From Tubiluchus corallicola (Eukaryota > Animalia > Priapulida): a stretch of 29,172 nucleotides of DNA. How positions within the stretch are numbered: position 1 is the stretch's first letter; each line of letters starts with the position of its first letter. Position numbers and translations under genes: made by a program. Below are positions 11,601-23,600 of this stretch, one piece after another. The stretch lies in contig JAQGDQ010001692.1 of the NCBI GenBank assembly GCA_030141605.1, forward strand, positions 1-29,172, given 5' to 3'. Under the pieces are notes generated by a model. It was not told where the DNA came from. It made no database searches and was given only the letters and a program-made list of their open reading frames with translations.

Positions 11601-14600
11601 AAAACTGAAATTTAAGATCTCAAATATGAAAAGTATTGAATTCAGTTATCATAATCTTGGAATAAATTTTCGAATCATTAGGAAAAAGCGCTTTCACAAA
11701 GATCTTGCATATTGCTTGATTTTATTATGCAGTAAAATGCTGAGAATTTGTTTAAAAATTCTCCGAGAAAATCGCAGCTAAACTGTGTCGATTGCACAAT
11801 GTTTCAAATGTTTTAATGATAAAGAACATATGTAGTTGAAGTGTAGAATCATTCGAATCTATAATTTTAGGTTCAAATCGAATTCCGACTAAAAAAGCTT
11901 GTTCGAACTCTAACGTTCAATGCTCACTGCTAGTTCATGCTCCTTACTGTTGATCCTATCAAAAAAATTTCCTTTGGAAACTTTTCAAATCCCTTATTGA
12001 AAAATAACACTAAGAATGACCGTGGCGACATCTACATTTAGATTTGTTCATCACTACACTCAACTGAGACTTTGACGAGCTTTAAGTTATTACTCACTCG
12101 AAACGTCTTTCCGTTTTGAAGTTGCACAAGTCGCAGGAAAATATTCCGGCTTCGATTGAATGTTGCTTCCAGAGATGGCGCCGCATTGCTATCCAGTGTT
12201 TGTTCGTGAAATCGCACGCAATGCATTTAAACTCGTTGTTGTTTGTATGACACTGAAATGATAGCCAATCACGTTTACTCACACAGAAAACATTGACCAA
12301 TCACATTTACTGATACCAAAAACAGCAGCCAATCACATTTACTGACAATGAACCATTAGCAAATCACATTTCCTATGACAACAATGACAAATGATCTTCT
12401 CTCCATAATACCTCATTATTATATGAGAAACATTTCTTTTTCAGACTGATGGTCTGGACAAAGTGATTTTCAATGACAGTGACATCTGAAAACTTTAAAG
12501 AATATCCAACCACAATAGGCCACGACAAGTCAAACACAAACACTTGGGCATTGGTCATTCACAAACAATAGGTCATTGGTCATTCACAAACACTAGATCA
12601 TTGGTCAAACACAAACACTAGGTCATTGGTCATTCACAAACACTAGGTCATTGGTCATTCACAAACACTAGATCATTGGTCAAACACAAACACTAGGTCA
12701 TTGGTCAAACACAAACACTAGGTCATTGGTCATTCACAAACACTAGGTCATTGGTTATTCATAAACACTAGGTCATTGGTCATTCATTTACAGTGTTCCC
12801 TCACTTATCACGGGTGTTCCATTCCAGGCTCACCCGCGATAACTAAATTTCCGAGAAGTAGGGACGCTATACTTATTTTAATAGTTATACGTTATTTTAA
12901 GTCTTTATAAACCCTCCCCACACTTATATGTAACCCTTTCCCATTCCCTTAATAACTTTTCCCATACTGTACATGTTCCGTTTAAAAAACTTTACTTAAA
13001 TGTTCATAAAAATATTTTAAACTCTTAAACCGAGATACGTAATTTTAAAAATTTGACGTGTGTTGTGTACAAGCTCACGTCGGCAAGTAGCATCTCAAGC
13101 GGGCGCAAGAACTACATTTCCTTTTTGGTGTGTATTCATCCGCTGAATAAATACACTATTTACTGTAAATGGTAATTTTTTATGATTTATAATATTCTTT
13201 TAATGTTAGAATTAATATTTTTAATATATTTTTATACATTTTATGATTTTTTATGCAAAATTCATCAAATCTATACATCACTGTACAACACGTACTACGC
13301 ATGTGCAAAAATACTTTAGACAGATTACCGCAAAAATCCGCAAAACAGCAAAAATACTGCGATAAATATTTTATGTTAATATTTTTGAAAACGCGCGAAA
13401 CAGCGAAAATACCGCGAAGTAGCGAGGGAACACTGTATATATAATACTGGTTCTTCATTTTGCTTATTGCGGGCAAAGAGATACCAGGAGGTAGTGTAAA
13501 AAAATTAGGGGTATGTGGAGTCAAAAGGTCGGGATCAGGGGGCTTAGGTGATGAATTCCACAAAGCATTGAAATCAGACTGTTTTAAAGAGATATTTAAG
13601 AGAAGTAAAACAAAGCTGCCTGCCACATCAGTTCAGTAACTTATTTAAGAGAAGTCAAAGAAGGTGCAACGTGCTTCAGACTTTTCACACTGACTACACA
13701 GTGTTCAGACACTCAGACATGTGCTTGATGTTCGTCGTCATCATTAACAGCGTTGCTAAATATTCTCATTAAAACATTTCATTATAAAAGAGTACTGAAG
13801 ATTCGTAAAAGTCCAAAAACTTTTCTGCATGAATTAAAGAACAAACCACGAAGTAGCGAGGGAACACTGTACAAGAAGAAAAAATGATAGTTTGGACGCA
13901 TACTGGAGAGAACATCAAGTCGTCACCCTTTGCTTTACAGAAAAATACATGACAGTCTAGACACGCAGTGAGAATCCAGCTTACCTTCTCGTGAATAAGT
14001 TTCTCGTACTCGGTCAAAAAGTATTTGTTGACGTTGTGAAAAACGCAGAAGCGTCGCGAGCAGCGGAAAATGCGAGATCCGTCTTTGAGACGATGGAAGA
14101 GAGGTCGTCGTCTTTGCTTGGCCGAATCGGTAAACTCCGCGTCTCCGTTAGAATTCTACATACAAAACAACTCTTTGTTAACGTTAGTGCGTCCGGTTGT
14201 ATTACGTAAGAAAGATTTAGTCGTTCACGGGATCCTTAAGATCCTTATTCCACAAATTCTGCGTTACATTATCCACATTTTGCACTTCTCGCGAAAACAA
14301 TGGCACCATTGACCTTGTCTTTCACAATCCAAAGCAAAATTATTCTGTCATACTGCAAATGGAAAAGACGAGATATCCCATATTGCCCGGTGCCCACGAT
14401 ACCCGTTTCTGCTCACAATTTAGCAGCAAAAAACAATATGACTTACATGCATACTATTCATTGAACGAAAGAAACAATGAAAACAAATATAGGTAAATAT
14501 AAGTTATCCACATACCGTGCCCACTTAGCTATTTATCCCCAGTAAAAACTGTGAGTTGTTAACAATACCAATGAATATTTAATGGGTTAAACTTGAATGA

Positions 14601-17600
14601 TATTTACAGGTTGGCTTCCTGAAAACTGTTTACAAGAGTGTATTTAACGACTTACAGCTTCTGCTTTCTGAACGTCCAAGATGGCTTCGTCGGGTAAACC
14701 GGCCATCACGGGGTCGATGTTTTCCGCGTCCACGTTGCGATCGTCCTTATCCATTTCTGCATCTTTCGGAAGATCAGCCTTGAACTGTTCCAGGTCCTCG
14801 TTGTCGTCGGCGTCGCCATGGTTACCATCGGCGTCTTCGCCGTCGTCTAGTTGTAGCACATTGACGTGACCTGCACAGAAGGATGCGGCACGTTGGGTTA
14901 TGAGTCAACACACGCACAGATGAACATACACACGCTTGTGTGCAAGTTAGTACGTTTTACTTGCATGCAAAATGTACAAACTAACATTTGTAAGCACGAC
15001 GTTTCCTACGTTTTTCTGTTCCTTTAAGTTTTTAAATAGAACACCATTTACCGTTGCCTAAGGTATCTAAAAACTTAGAACATAGAAAATACGGAGCAAT
15101 TCTTTTGTTATGTCACAATATAAAAACTGACCAAAAACATGCTACATGAATGAGCAGGCGAAACAGACCTCTTTGTAGAGTTACTACATATATACTCTGC
15201 CATACACTGATAGAACGGTTAAATCATAACCGTTGTTAAGACTGTAAGACAATCAGCATTTCTATAAAACTCACAGTCACAAAAACTCAAGAAATATGAG
15301 AAGCAAGTAGTTACCTAGTGCTTGTGCATTAGAAAGCAACTCCGTTAAATACGCCTCGTTGACGCTAAATAATTATAAAAAAACACAATTAAAACATTTT
15401 AAAAGATCATAAACGGAGTCTTGATGATCAATCATTGGATTAGAGTAAAATACATCGCAGAGTGGATGCACCATCACTCTAGGAAACAATAAATCATACC
15501 ATGGACAAAAACGGTGTACACTTTTTGCTAACAAAATATTAAATTACTTTACATTGTCGGTAAAATCAATAATGTTTTTTGGTGAGTCAATGATGCACAC
15601 TGGGATGGAGGTGCCGTGCCTTTTTACCAAATGGTGCAATTATTTTAAATGATTAAGAATTTTTTTCTAATTACACGGGTCGTTCAAACAGATAAGCATA
15701 ATGCTAAATAATTTACGTTTGTATGGAAAGTTTCTTAGGGATTTAGTTTAAAATTCTCTTTTCTTTGCCCTTGACAAAGCAAACATTTAGACGGCCTAGT
15801 CCGTCCTACTGGCCACCGTCCACACGGCCTAGTCCATCCTACTGGCCACCGTCCACACGGCCTACTCCAGTGTGTAATTAACTGTTTCATTTCGTGTTAC
15901 AAAATTTGTCTAAAGCTACGTCAACAGAAGTCAAGGATGACCGAAAGCTCGGAGTGTTCAAACGTGCAAATCTGATTCAGCCTGGAGTCTAAACTATGAA
16001 ATTGCCAAAATCTAGACTCCAAGGTAATGAAAACAGTTTGAAAAAATCTCAAAAAGAAACTGAACACATTAAGTCTACGTAACATGACTTCAATGACAAC
16101 CTAATACATCTACACTCGTATCTCGGTTTGCCGGAAAAGCTGGAAGACGTCGGTGCAAATTTGCCAATTGTCCGTATTTACCGATGCTAAGCTAATAGTA
16201 GACACCGTGTATTAGACTCATGGTAGCGTAGAATCAATCGCCTAATTTTCTCAAAAATGTCTAGTACGGGCCGCTCCTATGCAAAAGTAAAAGCTGTCTG
16301 CAATAGACTCAAATAACTTCAGCATAATTGACTCTAAATCACTTAAATAAGCATTACCGTATATACTCGCATATAAGCCGAATTTAGAACTATAAAATAC
16401 AATACTGAAATCAGGGGGTCGACTTATATGCGCATGAAACAAAATGAACACAAGGACAGACACTAATGCCAATTTTCCAGCCACACATTTTCATCGCTAT
16501 CTGACTCTTTATTTGGTTGTGTGTCACCCAATGTATAATTTCTTCTAGTATGTAACATAAAGGTAAGCATTTTACATCTTTATAGTAAAAAATTTCTATG
16601 AACCAAAAATACCCAATTAACAAAATGTGACAAAAAGGGATCAATTTTGTTGATTGGGTATGGAGTAAAATTAGACAAGTTGATGGTCGGCTTATATCAA
16701 AAACTGGCCATTTTAAAGCACTTTTAGGGGGTCGGCTTATATGCGAGTATATACGGTAATTAAACCGCTTAAACATGCTGACATACAAACAACACACGTA
16801 TCGTTACACTGACGTACGTGATTTAAACAAAGTGACGGCCCTCCAACTAGCGGTCAGCTCATGAAACAACGGACTGTGTCCGTAGTATTAGGGACTTTAG
16901 CTGTCCAGACTGTGCCCGATTCTTCCGGTATACGTAAAAGCGAGATTCGGCAAACCGAGACATGGCAGTACAGCGCAAGAACTTGAATAATTTTATCACT
17001 AGGGAAAAATCTCTTTATCTGCACATCATCAGCCACTTGCATGACACTATACAAAAGCTATACTATACGTTAAGCACCAACACTGCCACCAGACACTGCC
17101 ACATCACCGTGTCTTTAAAAATCGCACGTGCAACTCACCCGTCATCTCCGACCGTGTCAACCCCTTCTCCGTCCGCCGTTGCATGGGGAACACTCTTCTC
17201 TTCTCCGACTCGCTGTGGCGATTCACCCCCCTCCAATTTGCCGTCAGCTTCCATCAGCGCGAGTTCTTCTTCTGTCACGCAGATGCGGACGATGTGACTG
17301 CTGCCGTCGGCGCTTCGAGACGGGCCGTGCGTTCCCAACCCGTCCGTATTTTTCTCTGCCACTAAAAAAAATCATTTCCGCAATAACAAAAACGTGCAAA
17401 TGCTAATTTCAGAACTACGTTGGTAATTGCATAATTTAATTGAGGTGAATCATCAAGGCTAGAAAAATTATTTTCAAAAAAAAAAATCTTGACAGTGACT
17501 GGATTTGAACCAGTGACTTTTAGATTACGTCTGAAGCCATGACTGCTAAGCACAAAGACCACAGGAGATACACAAACTCTTTAGTCTAAAAAACCCAACT

Positions 17601-20600
17601 TCCATCTACTTATGATGATCAATGACAATGAATCAAAGATCACATTCGTCTCTCAAAGATTACCCATATTGTCCACATTTGTCTCTCAAAGATTACCCAT
17701 ATTGGTCATGCATGAAACTACCTTGATTTTTAGCGCTTCTGACTACATTGAAATGTTTCCGTGGTCTGCCCCTCTTCCGCTTAATTTGCACTCCGTTCTC
17801 GTCGAACAGCGGCGGCGGTGGAGGCTTGGGAGGTTGCTCCGGGTATTTGCGAGGTCTTCCCCTCTTTCCCGTTTTCCGCTTCATCCCCGAACTGTCGACC
17901 GTGTTAATCTTTACCGTTGGATCCACTGCGAAAAGACAAATAAGAATACGCAAAATACTTCATCACTGATAGCTCAGCAAAGAAAAGTGTGCTATTCATG
18001 CTATTCATGATGTAAAATAACGAGTTTATCTTAAGCTAAAATCATGGATACAACTTCACGCACTTAAACAATGGTACAAGTGATTAGACAATGTGTTAGT
18101 GACGTTAAATGTGATTGGCTAATGTTTCAGTGACGTTAAATGTGATTGGCTAATGTTTCAGTGACTTTAAATGTGATTTACTAATGCTTTATTGTCAGCA
18201 AATGTTTCAGTGACAGTAAATGTGATTGGCCAATGTTTTCTCGTGAGTAAATGTGATTGGCCAATGTTTCAGTGACAGTAAATGTGATTGGCTAATGTTT
18301 TCTCGTCAGTAAATGTGATTGGCTAATGTTTTCTCGTCAGTAAATGTGATTGGCTAATGTTTTCTCGTCAATAAATGTGATTGGCTAATGTTTCAGTGAC
18401 AGTAAATGTGATTGGCTAATGTTTCAGTGGCAGTAAATGTGATTGGACAATGTTTCAGTGACAGTAAATGTGATTGGCTAATGTTTCAGTGACAGTAAAT
18501 GTGATTGGCTAATGTTTCAGTGACGTTAAATACGATTGGCCAACGTTCCTGCAAACCTTTATTATTGTCTTCTATTCCGCTGTCTTCATCAGCTTCCTCT
18601 CCTTCATCGGTTCTTATGGAAAGCGAATTGTATTTTACATAATCCTTGGGCCGCTTCGTCACGCGTCCGCTCCTCGAAACGTACGTTGTCGTGGCAACCG
18701 GCGGGGCGACGTCGTCCTCGATGCTTTCCGTATCCGTACCGACCGGTTTCTGATTTCTGGAACCTTTAGGACGCCCTCTTGACTTTCGAGGCTCCGAATC
18801 ACTGCAATTAGGTAATGATGAACTTACAAAAAGACGAACTTCATCAACAATGTAACGCTGCAGATGAAATTGGACACTTTATAATAAAAAAACAACTAAT
18901 GTGGATGCGCCCAGTCCAGGTAAAGAAACGGCAAAAATCAGTATTGAACTGTGCGATAGACCTGCAATTTATTAAAATAACAGATCACAAAAAGTGCTTA
19001 AGAACGTGCTAAAGGTTATTACTATTTAGACAAAATAAAAAGTTCGATTTAAGAAGACTGAAACACAAATTATTACTTTATGATTCTACAGATTTGAAGC
19101 AATTCTAACCAATTTAAACTATTAACTAATTATTAAAGTAGATGGTAACTTATATTTACTGGTGACAACTTTGGCTAGAAAATACAACTAGTGACTGTTA
19201 AATTGTAACAAAATAGACAAAGCAATGCAAGTATCACCAAACGGCATGATCAGCATAGCGGCAACAGAAAATGTAACTACGTGTAAGAACAAGTGTGATT
19301 GATAGGTGGCGTATACTACTAAAGCTTAGGTCACATGACTAAGGCTGGCTTCGTTTTAAACACTTTCAGGAAATGCATGTTTGTAAAAATGCGAAAAGAA
19401 AACAAATAATTATAGAATGTTAGATTAAATTGCTTGACACCAACAACTAATACAGTGGTATAAAATTTCAAGACGAATTTTTTAAGCTTTATGTAAGTGG
19501 AGAGTTTTCTTGCGCTTTAAGTTTGTGACTGAAAAATGAAAAAGACGCACCTGTACTGAGCATCGTGTTCATGTTGAACGTGTTCAGCGATCTCGTCTCT
19601 CACGGAAAACGTTTGGAAGCAGATATTACACATGAAAACTTTTGTCACAACCGAAGTCGCTTTGTCCTATAAAATAAGCAAAAATGAACGATCAAATTCT
19701 CATAAATTGGTTACAAAGTAGTATACGTTCTTAGCGATCGAAGCCAAGTAGCAGCGAGTTTGACTGGCGAATGGATGGTTGACCATTGGATTCAGTATTT
19801 CTTCTCGGCGGCTTCATTTACAGTACAACAACGAAAAACAATTTTCACAAATTCGTTAAAAATTACTAAATGTTCTCAGTGATCAAAACTAAGTAGCGCC
19901 GAGTTTGACTGGCGAATGGATGGGTGACCATTGGGTTCAATGTTCCTTCTCGACGGCTTCGTTTACAGTACTACGGGTATCTTATCGTTGATGGAAAACG
20001 TATTCACAGTCGAGCACAACCAACCACTTCTGTCAGTTCATCATCTCAAAAAATGAATAGCGAGACGGGTTCCCGTCCTGCCAGAACCAAGTAAATTTAC
20101 TAGCCCTGCTACCTGCTTCCTAAGCATCCAACTGCACAAGAAAAGACAAAGCCGTCTTCTTTAGTAAATGAAAAGATTTGCATCAAGATAACAAATTTAG
20201 CACTTTAAGAGGAAAAAAGACAATTTAAAAATGACCCAAATAATACTCGTTAGCATTACAATTACCTACATGAGAAACTTGAGTAGTCGAAAAAAAATTC
20301 TTAACAATTTAAAATATTCCTACCATTTGGTAAAAGAGTATGGTATCGCCATCCCAATGTGCACCACTGATTCACCAAAAATGTATTTTTAATCTCACTT
20401 TACAAAATAAACTAATTTAATCTTTTACTTATTTAGTGAAATGAGCTACGAAAGCCCTGATTATTTTTTTCAGACTTTATGCAATATTACCTAAACTTGT
20501 TTCAAACAATTTACCATCAAACGGCCATCAAGGACAAATGTTTAGCCATTGTTTTAATACTGTGTAAAACGAAACAAACATATGCAATTTCAATGTTGTA

Positions 20601-23600
20601 ATTTGTTATTGTAATTTTAAACAAATAAATATACGAAAGTTTGTAAATAAACTCGATAAAATCCTAAACATTTGTTGCTTACTAATAGCCTAAACTGTCA
20701 CAGTTTAAGCTTGATCCATTCACTTTAAGCAAGTGACAACTGACAACAAACTGTGTGAGTGACAGTACTTTTTCTACCTGGGCTCAGACATGCACACAAA
20801 AGCTAAACACCGCGTTGCTGGAGCGCACTGTGTAGATGGCCGCATGCGTGCAACAGCTAAACACACCATTTTGCTAGGCTGTGAAGCAAACAGTACTACC
20901 CTCACGTGCTTTAGTTCCTTATATGTATAAAGAAAGAACTAAAGAAAAAAGAGACTTATTATATTGAAGATTGACAATAATATTGAGTGTTATTTAAACT
21001 TGTTTCAAATGATATACCATCAAAATGGTTGCGTCTAACGTAGGGTTACCATATGTCCGGGTTTTCCTTATTTTGGGCCTCTGTCCCGGCGGGTTTGCAA
21101 AAAATCGGCAGTTTGTCTGGGTTTTGCCTCAATCCGTAAGTATGTACGGACGTTGCCAACTGCAGAGGCGTACGACAGTACGAGACAAAGAAAAGCTCGT
21201 TAATTTTCAATACAAGATGTTGCTAACATCTCAAAATGCAACCCTTGTAAAAGCTTTGTGGACATATTTACTGAACAAAAGTAAGCGATGTGCACATCAC
21301 TATGGGTCACACGACTCACACCGCTGTCGATACTCGGCGTATTCACTAACGACTTAAAATAATGTCAGCTTCCGGGAGCCATTTTGTTTGTTTTTACGCG
21401 AATTTCTTTAAATTCGTATAGTTTCGCTGTTTTGCAGTTTAGAGCGTAACTGGTAAAAGTTAATTAGAAAGTAGCAATGCTGAAACGACAGCGTGCATTT
21501 ACAGATGAAATGAACGCCAAGTACTCGAGTCCTCTTTTTCAACTCAGACAATATGGTAATATAGACTCTAATGGCCATCAGGGGTTCAAAATTTCAAACT
21601 GTATAAAGCGTTACTGCGACGTTAAGCTCTGTATGCAATAAGACAGGCTTGTAAAGTGAAGAAATTCTCCTTTGTTTACAGACACAGTTAACAAGAACGG
21701 CTTCGACACTCGGTAACAAGTAGAACTAAGAGAAGCCATTTACCATGAAGCTTTCACATTGTTCTGACCGGTGGTCTTCGTCCAGGTGTCGTCTGATGTC
21801 CACTTGGGTACGAAACGTCCGGTAACACTTGGTGCAGGCAAGTCTGTTCATTGCCGTGTTGCTGTCTAGTAACTGAAACAGAGGAGAGAATGATTCGTCT
21901 CAGACAACGTTGTTTACTCCGAAAAACAGCATTGTTTACTGTCACAAGTCATAAACAGCACTATTTACTGTCACAAACAACATTGTTTACAATCACAAAC
22001 AGTATTCTTTACAATCACAAACAGCACTGTTTACAGTCACAAACAACATTGTTTACAGTCACAAACAGCACTGTTTACTGTCACAAACAACATTGTTTAC
22101 AATCACAAACAGTATTCTTTACAATCACAAACAGCACTGTTTACTCTCACAAACAGCATTGTTTACAGTCACAAACAGCACTGTTTACTGTCACAAACAA
22201 CATTGTTTACTGTCACAAACAACATTGTTTACAGTCACAAACAACATTGTTTACAGTCACAAACAACATTGTTTACTCTCACACACAACACTGTTTACAG
22301 TCACAAATAACATTGTTGACCGTCACAAACAGCACTGTTTACAGTCACAAACAACATTGTTTACAGTCACAAACAGCATTGTTTACTCTCACAAACAGCA
22401 TTGTTTACTCTCACAAACAACATTGTTTACTCTCACAAACAGCATTGTTTACAGTCACAAACAGCACTGTTTACTGTCACAAACAACACTGTTTACTGTC
22501 ACAAACAGCACTGTTTACTGTCACAAACAACACTGTTTACTGTCACAAACAACATTGTTTACAGTCACAAACAGCACTGTTACTGTCACAAACAACATGT
22601 TTACTGTCACAAACAACACTGTTTACAGTCACAAACAGCATGTTTACTCTCACAACACATGTTTACAGTCACAAACAACATTGTTTACAGTCACAAACAA
22701 CATTGTTTACTGTCACAAACAGCACTGTTTACTGTCACAAACAGCACTGTTTACAGTCACAAACAACACTGTTTACAGTCACAAACAGCATGTTTACGTC
22801 ACAAAACATTGTTTACTGTCACAAACAACATTGTTTACTCTCACAAACAACACTGTTTACAATCACAAATAACATTGTTTACCGTCACAAACAGCACTGT
22901 TTACAGTCACAAACAACATTGTTTACAGTCACAAACAGCATTGTTTACTCTCACAAACAGCATTGTTTACTCTCACAAACAGCATTGTTTACAGTCACAA
23001 ACAGCACTGCTTACAGTCACAAACAACACTGTTTACTGTCACAAACAACATTGTTTACTGTCACAAACAACACTGTTTACAGTCACAAACAGCATTGTTT
23101 ACTCTCACAAACAGCATTGTTTACAGTCACAAACAGCACTGTTTACTGTCACAAACAACATTGTTTACAGTCACAAACAACATTGTTTACTCTCACAAAA
23201 CACTGTTTACAGTCACAAATATTGTGACGTCACAAACAGCACTGTTTACAGTCACAAACAACATTGTTTACTGTCACAAACAGCATTGTTTACTCTCACA
23301 AACAGCATTGTTTACTCTCACAAACAGCATTGTTTACTCTCACAAACAGCATTGTTTACAGTCACAAACAGCACTGTTTACTGTCACAAACAACATTGTT
23401 TACTGTCACAAACAGCATTGTTTACTGTCACAAACAACACTGTTTACTGTCACAAACAACATTGTTTACAGTCACAAACAGCACTGTTTACTGTCACAAA
23501 CAACACTGTTTACAGTCACAAACAACATTGTTTACAGTCACAAACAACATTGTTTACTGTCACAAACAGCACTGTTTACAGTCACAAACAGCACTGTTTA

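Noticed and set aside
14000-14065. Apparent His-to-Tyr degenerate finger (C-x4-C-x12-Y-x4-H) suggesting editing or decay
   Set aside because: After splicing to exon 12, HEKCH supplies both histidines with canonical F-x8-H spacing.
14200-14352. Strong acceptor-like ttttccatttgcag as an extra exon
   Set aside because: The phase-0 frame stops after 27 codons, the other frames stop at once, and exons 10 and 11 join without it.
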